Source: an uncultured Phascolarctobacterium sp.
GTDB taxonomy: Bacteria > Bacillota > Negativicutes > Acidaminococcales > Acidaminococcaceae
DNA: 64,000 nucleotides
Direction: 5' to 3'
NCBI GenBank assembly: GCA_958448515.1
Contig: CAUDEF010000001.1
Span: 15,488 to 79,487, forward strand
In this document: one piece after another, positions 8,159 to 16,326 of the stretch
Layout of the letters: every line of letters begins with the position of its first letter
How positions within the stretch are numbered: position 1 is the stretch's first letter
The notes under the pieces: generated by a model
What the model was told of the DNA's origin: nothing
The model's database searches: none
Seen by the model: only the letters and a program-made list of their open reading frames with translations
Made by a program: the position numbers and the translations under genes

Positions 8159-9832
8159 TTACCAGTTTCTGAATTTTGCAGGCGGATTATACAAGCCTTT
8201 AGACCATACAACGAGGTCATGTACATTTTTAGCAGCCAACATAGAACGGTTAGCACGGCTAATGTCAATGCCAAGGTCTTGTGCTGTTTTAATAACGCCA
8301 AGCTCACGCAGACGTTTGGTTTCTTTCGGATCGGCTTTCATACCAACTTCGGTGAAACCTGCAATACCACGGATTGCAGCAGTACGTTCTTCCATGTTGC
8401 GGCATTTCGGCAGATAAGCAATACCTTCTTCAGTAATGATATGAGTAAGGTCATCACCGTAAATCATTACAGGTTCAATTGCCAGGTTTGCATTTTTAGC
8501 AAGTTTGAACGCATCAAGTTCTTCAACAAATCCAGGAGCAAGTTTTTCACGGAAGGTTTCAGCCAGTTGTACAACAAGGCGTTTACCACGGCGAACAGGT
8601 CCCCAAAGTTCAGAATTAAGAGCATATTCTTCACCGCATTTGAGCCATGCGTCAGAAGAATGACGACGACCTTTAGGATCGCAGCCCATGTTAGGAGCAC
8701 CACCAAAGCCTGCTACGCGGTTAGCAGTAGCTGTGGAGCTGTTACCATACGGGTCAATTTGCAGAGTGCCGCCGATGAACATGTCGATAGCGTAATGACC
8801 TGCAGTTTGAGAGAATGCACGGTTAGAACGCATGGATCCGTCAGGACCAACAAAGAAGATATCGCTGCGAGCAGCAACATATTCATCCATACCTAATTCA
8901 CCACCAAAGCAGTGAACAGATTCTACCCAGCCACATTCAATAGCCGGAATCAGAGTCGGATGCGGATTTAAAATAAAGTTAGTGCAGATTTTGCCTTTCA
9001 GACCTAATTCTTCACCATAGGTAGGAAGCAGCAATTCAATTGCAGCAGTATCGAAACCAATGCCATGGTTCAGAGATTTAATGCCATATTCGCCATAAAT
9101 ACCTTTAATAGCCATCATGCCTTTCAATACTTGAGCATCGGTAATAAGTGCCGGGTCACGAGTAAAGAGAGGTTCAATATAGTAAGGTTTCGGAGATTGG
9201 ATTACATAGTCAACCCAGTCGCCAGGAATATCTACACGAGGCAATTCGTCAACAATTTCGTTAACTTGTGCAACAACAATACCTTGACGGAATTTAGTTG
9301 CTTCAACAATTGCCGGGGTATCTTCAGTACTGAAACCGGTATAAAGGTTACCGTTTTTATCAGCTTTAGTTGCAACTACCAATGCAACACGAGGAGTCAA
9401 ATCTACGAAATAACGTCCATACAATTCAAGATAGGTGTGAATTGCGCCTAATTCCAGTTTACCTTCTTGCAAAAATTGAGCTATGCGACCTGCCTGCGGT
9501 CCGGAGAAAGACATATCCAATTTTTTTGCAATTCCTTTTTCGAACACATCAAGATGTTCAGGAAGAGTAAGTACAGATTGAACCATATGCAGATCATGTA
9601 CTTTTGCAGGATCAACCTCACACAGGCATTTAGCCAAAAAGTCAGCCTGTTTTTGGTTGTTGCCTTCGATGTTTACTTTATCAAAAGGTCTGATAACTGC
9701 TTCCAATAAAGCAACTGCATCTTTTGCATCAACAATTTTTCCTTCCTTGACGTAGGGAGCGGCAGCTTTAGCACGTTCCAACGCGTCTTTTTTCAGAGTG
9801 TCCCACTCACGAGTGATTCCTTTGAACTCCAT
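8159..9832 (-). CDS. mdcA: malonate decarboxylase alpha subunit (acetyl-S-ACP:malonate ACP transferase, MdcA/MadA)
   Basis: 557 aa, the size and position of MdcA/MadA. First gene after the 9881..9927 terminator. AAAGGAGAG RBS. Confidence 0.85.
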   Translation of the reverse strand: MEFKGITREWDTLKKDALERAKAAAPYVKEGKIVDAKDAVALLEAVIRPFDKVNIEGNNQKQADFLAKCLCEVDPAKVHDLHMVQSVLTLPEHLDVFEKGIAKKLDMSFSGPQAGRIAQFLQEGKLELGAIHTYLELYGRYFVDLTPRVALVVATKADKNGNLYTGFSTEDTPAIVEATKFRQGIVVAQVNEIVDELPRVDIPGDWVDYVIQSPKPYYIEPLFTRDPALITDAQVLKGMMAIKGIYGEYGIKSLNHGIGFDTAAIELLLPTYGEELGLKGKICTNFILNPHPTLIPAIECGWVESVHCFGGELGMDEYVAARSDIFFVGPDGSMRSNRAFSQTAGHYAIDMFIGGTLQIDPYGNSSTATANRVAGFGGAPNMGCDPKGRRHSSDAWLKCGEEYALNSELWGPVRRGKRLVVQLAETFREKLAPGFVEELDAFKLAKNANLAIEPVMIYGDDLTHIITEEGIAYLPKCRNMEERTAAIRGIAGFTEVGMKADPKETKRLRELGVIKTAQDLGIDISRANRSMLAAKNVHDLVVWSKGLYNPPAKFRNW

Positions 9833-9880
9833 TACGGTCTCTCCTTTCTGATTAAGAAAAGCTTTTCATATATCAAGACC

Positions 9881-9927
9881 AAATAAAAAAGAGAGCATAC
9901 CACAGGTATTGCCTGTCATATACTCTC
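9881..9927 (-). terminator. intrinsic terminator/attenuator between the first HutP paralog and mdcA
   Basis: Minus strand reads GAGAGUAUAUGACAGG-CAAU-ACCUGUGGUAUGCUCUC (15 pairs, 1 mismatch) followed by UUUUUUAUUU. It lies 48 nt upstream of the mdcA ATG. I see no promoter between it and mdcA. Confidence 0.7.
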
Positions 9928-9954
9928 AATCACCATTATGAATTTTTATTTAGT

Positions 9955-10401
9955 CTATATATGCATTACACCCAAGCCAGCACGATCATGATTAGTCATA
10001 TAATGCAATGCCGACTTGCCAAACAACGCAACAGCTATCCAATTCTCATCCCTTGCTACAGCAATCTTCAAAGCTAAATTTGCACTGGTACTTACACTCA
10101 CTAAAATCCCTTTTTTAGCTTCCTCTGTAGCATGTATCAACGCATGGATATGACTGCTCGTTTTCTGTATAATACCAGAATTTAAACTAGCTCCAATAAC
10201 AGCACGATTTATTTTTTCATTGAAATCATCGAATGATGTTCTGCCACCGACTTCAGTAACAACTGCTTTAAAGCCATTTTTAGCAACCATTTTCTTTACC
10301 GCTTCCTCGTCATATAACGACTGAGTAAGAGCTAACAGCATCGCTGCTGTTCCTGCACTGTTAATGCTGCTTTCAAGTAAAACTCTAGAGTTCTCCGCCA
10401 T
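9955..10401 (-). CDS. HutP-family RNA-binding antiterminator-like protein (paralog 1)
   Basis: 148 aa from ATG 10401 (GAAGGAGAGA RBS 6 nt upstream). The blocks HALIHATEEA, WIAVALFG and C-terminal GLGVMHI match B. subtilis HutP HALYHAT.EA, WIAVSLYG and GVGINHI (from memory). Confidence 0.75.
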   Translation of the reverse strand: MAENSRVLLESSINSAGTAAMLLALTQSLYDEEAVKKMVAKNGFKAVVTEVGGRTSFDDFNEKINRAVIGASLNSGIIQKTSSHIHALIHATEEAKKGILVSVSTSANLALKIAVARDENWIAVALFGKSALHYMTNHDRAGLGVMHI

Positions 10402-10419
10402 ATTCAATCTCTCCTTCTC

Positions 10420-11163
10420 TCAACGGATACTGATTTCTCCAAAATCAAAACTTCTTTGTATTCCCTGCGCGTTGCGAATTAAAAGTGCTCCCTGAGGATT
10501 CATATCTATAGCAACGCCCTCAAAAATTATCTTGTCATCATCTTTTACCAAAACATGCTTTCCTAATGTACAGCTGTGAACCTTCCATTCATCCAGCAAC
10601 TTATCCGGTCCATTTGTTAACCACTCATCATACAACAAAGATAACTCTTCTAAAATATGTTGCAAAACTACATCACAAGAAATGTCCATACCGCAGGCAA
10701 TTTTCAAAGAAGTTGCAGTATGTTTTAACGCTTCCGGAAAATCTTCATCATGCAAATTTACATTAACGCCAATCCCCAAAATAGCGTAGTCAACCATTCC
10801 ACGTTCATCCAATTTCATTTCTGACAATATGCCACAAATTTTCTTGCCGTCAAACAACAAATCATTAGGCCATTTTATTCTGGCCTTACCAGTGTTGTAA
10901 AGCTTTGAAATTGCTTTTACAACACTGACACCAGCCAATAAAGTCAGTTGCGCAACAATTTCCGGGTTTATACATGGTCTTAAGATTAAAGAAAACCATA
11001 ATCCTCCTTCCGGAGAGTTCCATATTCGCTGCATTCTGCCGCTGGCCTTACATTGCCGTCTGGCAACAATCACAGTACCCTCAGGAGCTCCGCCAAGAGC
11101 TTTCTCAACAGCGGTAATATTAGTCGATTCTAAAACATCATAATATTGAAGCTGTATTTTCAT
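10420..11163 (-). CDS. birA: biotin--protein ligase (group I, no N-terminal HTH)
   Basis: SGRMQRIWNSPEGGLWFS fits the BPL GRGRxxRxWxSPxG motif. At 247 aa it is too short to carry a repressor domain. Confidence 0.85.
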   Translation of the reverse strand: MKIQLQYYDVLESTNITAVEKALGGAPEGTVIVARRQCKASGRMQRIWNSPEGGLWFSLILRPCINPEIVAQLTLLAGVSVVKAISKLYNTGKARIKWPNDLLFDGKKICGILSEMKLDERGMVDYAILGIGVNVNLHDEDFPEALKHTATSLKIACGMDISCDVVLQHILEELSLLYDEWLTNGPDKLLDEWKVHSCTLGKHVLVKDDDKIIFEGVAIDMNPQGALLIRNAQGIQRSFDFGEISIR

Positions 11164-11198
11164 TATGATTACCTTCTATAAAATAAAACTAACTTAAA

Positions 11199-12413
11199 TT
11201 ACTTTACCATACCAATAGTGGAAATGAATACACCACAAGCAATAGCAGATACAATTACGCCACCGATATTAGCACCCATTGCAACCGGGAATACAATTGC
11301 AAACGGATCTTCGTCTTCTGCAGCATGTTGTGCAATTTTAGCAGTAGTAGGTACGCAGGATACGCCGGCAATACCAACAACAGGGTTGAAGTCACCTTTT
11401 TTGAACCAGTAAACAACCAGACCACCAAGCAGACCAACAGCACCAGAAATTGCCAGAGCCAAAATGCCCAGCAAAATAAGAGGAGCAACTTTAGGATTCA
11501 GCAGGGTAGAAGCTTCGCACAAGGTACCAAGCAACAGGCCAAGAGCCAAAGTACCAGCATACAGCAGGGTGTTTTCAATGAAGTCCTGATACGGAATGAT
11601 TTCTGCTTCTTTAATAGCCATACCAAGGAAGAAGGACATAATAAGAGGAGCAGCCATTGGCAGCAGGATGCACAGCAGTGCACAGCATACAAGAATAAAG
11701 ATAAATTTCTTAGCTTTAGGCACTTCAGGCGCATCAAAAATAATATCATTGCCTCTCATACGTTTAGGAATAATCATTTTTACAAGGTAAGGATAACCTG
11801 CATAAGTAAGGCTCAGATACAGGTAAGCAATTACGGAAATAGGAACAAACAGATGCGGAGCAAGCATCAGAGAAGTGAACAGTACCATCGGACCGTCCGC
11901 ACCACCGATAGAAGCAACAGCCGCAGCTTCCGGAGGAGTCAAGCCAAGATGTACACCTAAAATCAAAGTAACAAAAGTACCAGCTTCTGCAAAGATTGCA
12001 ATAATTATAGAAGTCCAGGGATTTGCAAGAATAAAGCTGATTTCGCACATAGCACCAACGCCCATGAATACGAAACAAGCAACAAGGCTGTTACTGAAAG
12101 TTAAATTATAAATAGGCTGCAGGAAGTTAATCTGCATAATATCAACTAACTGATTAGGATCAGAAATCATAGGATCAAGGAACAAGGTTCCCAGTCTGCC
12201 GCCTTCAAAGAACAATACGCCGCAGTTGATAGCAATCATACCGATACCCATAGGTACCATGATCAAAGGTTCCAAAGTACGTTTAAATCCCATGTATGCA
12301 AGTACGAAGCCAAATGCAATAAGGAGTACCCTTGCAATAGCAATTACAGGATCTTGAACAAATAAGCTGGCTACGCCAGGAAATAACATTGACAAAATAT
12401 TAGCTGTATCCAT
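11199..12413 (-). CDS. madB: Na+-translocating carboxybiotin decarboxylase beta subunit (MadB; OadB/GcdB/MmdB family)
   Basis: 404-aa polytopic membrane protein with the SIGGADGPMV block, which holds the conserved Asp of the OadB family. Confidence 0.85.
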   Translation of the reverse strand: MDTANILSMLFPGVASLFVQDPVIAIARVLLIAFGFVLAYMGFKRTLEPLIMVPMGIGMIAINCGVLFFEGGRLGTLFLDPMISDPNQLVDIMQINFLQPIYNLTFSNSLVACFVFMGVGAMCEISFILANPWTSIIIAIFAEAGTFVTLILGVHLGLTPPEAAAVASIGGADGPMVLFTSLMLAPHLFVPISVIAYLYLSLTYAGYPYLVKMIIPKRMRGNDIIFDAPEVPKAKKFIFILVCCALLCILLPMAAPLIMSFFLGMAIKEAEIIPYQDFIENTLLYAGTLALGLLLGTLCEASTLLNPKVAPLILLGILALAISGAVGLLGGLVVYWFKKGDFNPVVGIAGVSCVPTTAKIAQHAAEDEDPFAIVFPVAMGANIGGVIVSAIACGVFISTIGMVK

Positions 12414-12544
12414 TATTGATCCATCCCTTCTCCATTAGAACTTCCGCCCATTACTTTATTGAGCAGGACTACAGCACCAATCATAAATAAAGAGATCGCT
12501 GCGGTAAACAAATAAGAAAAAGCCGCGTATAACTCAACGCTCAT
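12413..12544 (-). CDS. small single-TM subunit, OadG-like / decarboxylase-associated membrane peptide
   Basis: AAGGGAGA RBS precedes ATG 12544, giving MSVELYAAFSYLFTAAISLFMIGAVVLLNKVMGGSSNGEGMDQ. The stop overlaps the madB ATG (ATGA). Confidence 0.5.
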   Translation of the reverse strand: MSVELYAAFSYLFTAAISLFMIGAVVLLNKVMGGSSNGEGMDQ

Positions 12545-12612
12545 AATTAATTCTCCCTTCTTAAATATCTTACTTTCCAGATAGATTAATGTCTGCAATT
12601 TCCGGACATAGC

Positions 12613-12660
12613 AAACAAAAAAAGAGACACAGCAATAGAATTACTCTATCTCTCCGTCTC
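12613..12660 (-). terminator. second, imperfect terminator-like hairpin in the madB leader
   Basis: Minus strand reads GAGACGGAGAGAUAGAG-UAAU-UCUAUUGCUGUGUCUC (13 pairs, 2 mismatches) followed by U7. The 5' arm is rich in GAG/UAG. Confidence 0.45.
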
Positions 12661-12750
12661 CTGTATTTATCTGGTAGGTAAAATCTCTCAAAACACTATT
12701 TATTTTTTGTCTTTTTATTATGAAGGTTGATATTAGAAAGTTAAATCATG

Positions 12751-12800
12751 ATAAAAAAACAAAAAGAGACTGATGATTACTACTCAATCACTCAGTCTCT
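12751..12800 (-). terminator. intrinsic terminator/attenuator in the leader of the madB sub-operon
   Basis: Minus strand reads AGAGACUGAGUGAUU-GAGUAGU-AAUCAUCAGUCUCU (14 bp, one bulged G) followed by UUUUGUUUUUUU. Confidence 0.8.
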
Positions 12801-12801
12801 A
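12783..12801 (-). promoter_or_regulatory. NAG triplet repeat set 2 (UAG-N5-GAG-N5-GAG), candidate HutP-type RNA site overlapping the terminator 5' arm
   Basis: Minus strand reads TAGagactGAGtgattGAG, read directly from the sequence. Confidence 0.45.
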
Positions 12802-12828
12802 AATATGTAATTTTAAGAGTTTAAATAA

Positions 12829-12847
12829 CTAATACACTCATTCTCTC
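12829..12847 (-). promoter_or_regulatory. NAG triplet repeat set 1 (GAG-N5-GAG-N5-UAG), candidate HutP-type RNA site
   Basis: Minus strand reads GAGagaatGAGtgtatTAG, about 10 nt downstream of the predicted transcription start. Confidence 0.4.
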
Positions 12848-12856
12848 TTGCCTCAT

Positions 12857-12885
12857 ATTCTAATATAACGACACACTTTTGTCAA
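12857..12885 (-). promoter_or_regulatory. sigma-70/SigA-type promoter of the madB sub-operon
   Basis: Minus strand has TTGACA (12885..12880), a 17-nt spacer and TAGAAT (12862..12857). Confidence 0.7.
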
Positions 12886-12916
12886 TATTAATTTTTTACA
12901 TGACTTTAACATGCAG

Positions 12917-13363
12917 TTACTTTTCAATATGCATAGTACCAACACATACTCTGCGATGATTAGTACTGTAATAAAATGCAGAATATCCTGAAAAAGCTAC
13001 CGATATCCATTTATCTTTTCTGACTATCGCTACCTTAACAGCCACATTAGCCTTCATCACAGAGCTAATAAAAAATCCCCTGCCAGCTTCCTCTGCCGCA
13101 TGTATAACAGCATGAATATCTGATTCTTCTTTTTCTATAAGCTTTTTGTTCAGAGCAGCACCAATGATACTAGTTATCAGTTTTTTAGAAATTTCTTCCT
13201 GATTACCGCCAATTTCTGTAACTACACATTTATAACCATGTTTTTCACAAAGCAATTTTAAATTATTCTCTGCACGTATAGTCGTAGTCATAGCTAAAGA
13301 AACTGCTACAGACTGTACATCTGCTAAAAAACTTTCAATAAGCTCCTGATAATTAAAATCCAT
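12917..13363 (-). CDS. HutP-family RNA-binding antiterminator-like protein (paralog 2)
   Basis: 148 aa from ATG 13363 (GAGGGA RBS 7 nt upstream), the same length as paralog 1. Blocks HAVIHAAEEA, WISVAFSG and C-terminal CVGTMHIEK. The upstream codons in the ORF track lie inside a palindrome. Confidence 0.75.
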   Translation of the reverse strand: MDFNYQELIESFLADVQSVAVSLAMTTTIRAENNLKLLCEKHGYKCVVTEIGGNQEEISKKLITSIIGAALNKKLIEKEESDIHAVIHAAEEAGRGFFISSVMKANVAVKVAIVRKDKWISVAFSGYSAFYYSTNHRRVCVGTMHIEK

Positions 13364-13384
13364 CTCAAAATCCCTCATTCTCTT

Positions 13385-13430
13385 ATAGTATAAAATAGTA
13401 TTTATCAATAAATACTATTTTATACTATAT
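13385..13430. repeat. perfect 22-nt-arm AT-rich palindrome at the 5' end of HutP paralog 2
   Basis: The sequence tatagtataaaatagtatttat-ca-ataaatactattttatactata lies between the putative -10 box and the start codon. Confidence 0.85.
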
Positions 13431-13456
13431 TATACTCTATCTTCTCCCCCCCGCAA
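13429..13456 (-). promoter_or_regulatory. putative promoter of HutP paralog 2
   Basis: Minus strand has TTGCGG, a 16-nt spacer and TATAAT. The -10 box abuts the palindrome. Confidence 0.45.
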
Positions 13457-13464
13457 GCATATGT

Positions 13465-13501
13465 ACACAAAATCAAATTACTGAGTAATTTGATTTTGTG
13501 T
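13465..13501. other. perfect 16-bp hairpin upstream of the HutP paralog 2 promoter
   Basis: acacaaaatcaaatta-ctgag-taatttgattttgtgt. No clear U-tract on the minus strand. Confidence 0.6.
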
Positions 13502-13552
13502 ATTCTATTTTACGCGTTAATTTCGTTAATTTTTTATTTTATGTTACTGCAC

Positions 13553-13580
13553 AAAAAGGATGGCTGCGCCATCCTTTTTT
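13553..13580 (-). terminator. intrinsic terminator after map (symmetric A/T flanks, could act both ways)
   Basis: aaaaaggatggc-tgc-gccatccttttt, a perfect 12-bp stem. Confidence 0.8.
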
Positions 13581-13592
13581 CTCTTTACCCTC

Positions 13593-14459
13593 TTAATAAG
13601 TCAGTATCTCCGGTCCGTTTTCTGTTATTAAAATTGTGTGCTCCCATTGAGCAGAAAGACTGCCGTCCTGAGTATAAACAGTCCAGTCGTTAGACGCATC
13701 AATAAATACATCCCTGCGTCCTGCATTAATCATCGGTTCAATAGTAAAAATCATTCCCGGCACCAAAACCATGCCTGTTTTGCGTTTTCCTACATGGCAT
13801 ACAAAAGGTTCTTCATGAAATTCCACGCCAACGCCATGTCCGCCAAATTCGGTAACTACGGAATAGCCATGCTTTTTAGCAAGTGCAGAAACAGCTGCGC
13901 CGATATCACCAAGATAGCCCCAAGGCTGCGCAGCCTCAACGCCACGCTTTAAACACTCTTTGGCAATAGCTACCAGATCTTTGGCTTTTTTATCAACCTT
14001 ACCAACGGTAAACATTCTTGAAGCATCAGCATAATAGCCATTGTAGATAGTAGATACATCTACATTAACAATATCACCACTGCGCAAAATATCCTTTTCG
14101 CTGGGAATACCATGGCAAACCTGATCGTTGATAGAAGTGCAGACACTTTTAGGGAAACCGCAGAAACCCAGTGGCGCAGGAGTTGCACCTCTGCTGATAG
14201 TGTAATCGTATACAAGCTTATCAATCTCAGCAGTAGACATACCGGTCTTAATATTTTCAGCAACCAGATCCAAAACAGCTGTATTAATTTCGCAGGCTTT
14301 ACGGATACCCTCTATCTGAGCAGGAGTCTTAATCATTTCTCTGTCGGGAACTTCTGCTCCCTGTGCTTTCAGCAAAGCAATTTTATCATCAATAGCTTTA
14401 TGGCATTCGCCATAGGGGGCACCACTGCCGCACCAACATAATTCTTGTTCCATTTTCAT
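13593..14459 (-). CDS. map: type I methionine aminopeptidase with N-terminal SEC-C zinc motif
   Basis: CWCGSGAPYGECH is the SEC-C motif. MetAP metal-site blocks are present: CHGIPS, DIVNVDVS, GGHGVG, TIEP, WEHT. AAGGAGA RBS precedes ATG 14459. Confidence 0.9.
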   Translation of the reverse strand: MKMEQELCWCGSGAPYGECHKAIDDKIALLKAQGAEVPDREMIKTPAQIEGIRKACEINTAVLDLVAENIKTGMSTAEIDKLVYDYTISRGATPAPLGFCGFPKSVCTSINDQVCHGIPSEKDILRSGDIVNVDVSTIYNGYYADASRMFTVGKVDKKAKDLVAIAKECLKRGVEAAQPWGYLGDIGAAVSALAKKHGYSVVTEFGGHGVGVEFHEEPFVCHVGKRKTGMVLVPGMIFTIEPMINAGRRDVFIDASNDWTVYTQDGSLSAQWEHTILITENGPEILTY

Positions 14460-14621
14460 TCTCCTTACAAAAATCATTCTAATTTCATATTATATCATAC
14501 AAAAAATATTCTGCATAAAATTTATTGTTACCCTGCCTTTGCTTGTGGTAAAATTATTTTATGATTGTTTTTAAGATAAAAACCATCTTTAAACACTAAA
14601 TACATACAAGGAGACTGAAAT

Positions 14622-15272
14622 ATGGAAGCATATTTAATGCAGTTTATTGATTTAATTCTTCATCTGGACAAACATCTGCCGGATATTATGGCTGCTTATG
14701 GTCATTTTATTTACGCAATTTTATTTATGGTTGTTTTCTGTGAAACAGGTCTTGTTGTCACACCGTTTCTTCCCGGGGATTCACTGCTTTTTGCCTGCGG
14801 TGCACTGGCAGCAACATCTCCTGAGGGCATGGATGTTAAAATAATTGCTCTTATTTTCCTTGTTTCATCAGTACTTGGCGATGCCTGCAATTACTATATT
14901 GGCGAAAAATTCGGTCTGGCTATATTAAAGTCTGAACGCGCTTTTATCAAGCCTGCTCATATCCAGAAAGCATCTGACTTCTATGCCCGCCATGGTCATA
15001 AGGCGATCTTTTTAGCACGTTTTGTACCTATTGTCCGTACTTTTGCTCCCTTTGTAGCAGGTATCGGCAACATGCATTATACAACTTTTGCCCATTACAA
15101 CGTTATCGGCGCAGTTGTCTGGGTAACAGTTTTTGTGGGCGGCGGTTATTTCTTTGGCAATATACCCTTTGTCAAAAATAACTTCCCCGTTGTAACTTTA
15201 GGTATTATCCTTTTCTCAGTAATGCCCATTATCTATGAAATGTTTATAAAAAAATTATTAGGCAAAAAATAA
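14622..15272 (+). CDS. DedA family membrane protein
   Basis: CETGLVVTPFLPGDSLLF is the DedA signature. AAGGAG RBS. Confidence 0.85.
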   Translation: MEAYLMQFIDLILHLDKHLPDIMAAYGHFIYAILFMVVFCETGLVVTPFLPGDSLLFACGALAATSPEGMDVKIIALIFLVSSVLGDACNYYIGEKFGLAILKSERAFIKPAHIQKASDFYARHGHKAIFLARFVPIVRTFAPFVAGIGNMHYTTFAHYNVIGAVVWVTVFVGGGYFFGNIPFVKNNFPVVTLGIILFSVMPIIYEMFIKKLLGKK

Positions 15273-15285
15273 AGAGGTGTTTGTT

Positions 15286-16320
15286 ATGTATTGCTTTAAC
15301 AGCGATTATACCGAAGGCTGCCATCCTGCGGTTTTAAAAAGACTTATGGAAACAAATATGGACCAGACTACAGGTTATGGTCTTGATCCTTACTGTGAAG
15401 AGGCTCGCTCTCTTATCCGTGAAGCCTGCGCCTGCGAAAACGCAGATGTGCATTTTCTTGTAGGCGGAACCCAGACTAACCTTACAGTTATCTGTGCTGC
15501 CCTGCGTCCGCATCAGGCTGTTTACGGTGCAGTTCCCAGCCATATAAATACCCACGAGGCAGGCGCCATTGAGCACGTTGGACACAGAGTTCTGCCACTG
15601 CCGTCATCAGAGGGTAAATTAACTGCCGCACAAATTGCCGCAGAATGGAAAAAATATGATACTGACCCCAGCCGCGAACACTGGGCACAGCCTAAAATGG
15701 TCTATATTTCTCAGCCTACAGAAATAGGCAGCATGTATACCAAAAAAGAACTTACTGAACTTTACGCAGTATGTAAAGAAGCAGGATTATATCTTTTTAT
15801 TGACGGTGCAAGACTCAGCTATGCTCTTGGCAGCCCGGAAAATGACCTTACCCTGCCGGAAATTGTTCAAAACTGCGATGTTTTATCTATCGGCGGTACA
15901 AAATGCGGTCTGCTTTTTGGTGAAGCAGTAGTTATTGTCAACGACGCTATTAAACCTGATTTCAGAACTATTGCCAAACAAAACGGTGCTATCTTAGCTA
16001 AAGGCAGACTGCAGGGTGTGCAGTTTGCAGAGCTTTTCCGCAATAATCTTTATGTGGAAACCGGACGTTACGGCACTCTGCTGGCTTTAAAAATTAAAGC
16101 AGCAGCTGAAAAATGCGGTTTTAAATTTATTACTGATTCTCCTACTAATCAGCAGTTTATTATTTTAACACCTGAGCAATACGAAAAATTAAGTCAGGAT
16201 TTCACTCTCAGTCTGATTGAATATCTGCCGGACGGCAATTATTCTGTACGCATCTGCACCAGCTGGGCTACCAGTGAAGAAGAAACAGATAAACTGATTG
16301 CTGCTATCGAAAACCTGTAA
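15286..16320 (+). CDS. ltaE: low-specificity threonine aldolase family PLP enzyme
   Basis: The N-terminus YCFNSDYTEGCHPAVLKRL...GYGLDPYCEEA and the GGTKCG Lys block are typical of the beta-eliminating lyase/threonine aldolase family. AAGAGGTG RBS precedes ATG 15286. Confidence 0.65.
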   Translation: MYCFNSDYTEGCHPAVLKRLMETNMDQTTGYGLDPYCEEARSLIREACACENADVHFLVGGTQTNLTVICAALRPHQAVYGAVPSHINTHEAGAIEHVGHRVLPLPSSEGKLTAAQIAAEWKKYDTDPSREHWAQPKMVYISQPTEIGSMYTKKELTELYAVCKEAGLYLFIDGARLSYALGSPENDLTLPEIVQNCDVLSIGGTKCGLLFGEAVVIVNDAIKPDFRTIAKQNGAILAKGRLQGVQFAELFRNNLYVETGRYGTLLALKIKAAAEKCGFKFITDSPTNQQFIILTPEQYEKLSQDFTLSLIEYLPDGNYSVRICTSWATSEEETDKLIAAIENL

Positions 16321-16326
16321 CTACAT

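Noticed and set aside
9833-9954. NAG-triplet repeats in the second (hutP1-mdcA) leader.
   Set aside because: Only scattered GAG/CAG occur (UUGAGAGUAUAUGACAGG), with no three-fold phased repeat. Only the terminator is claimed here, not a binding site. A site could lie in the 3' end of the hutP1 coding region, but I cannot support that.
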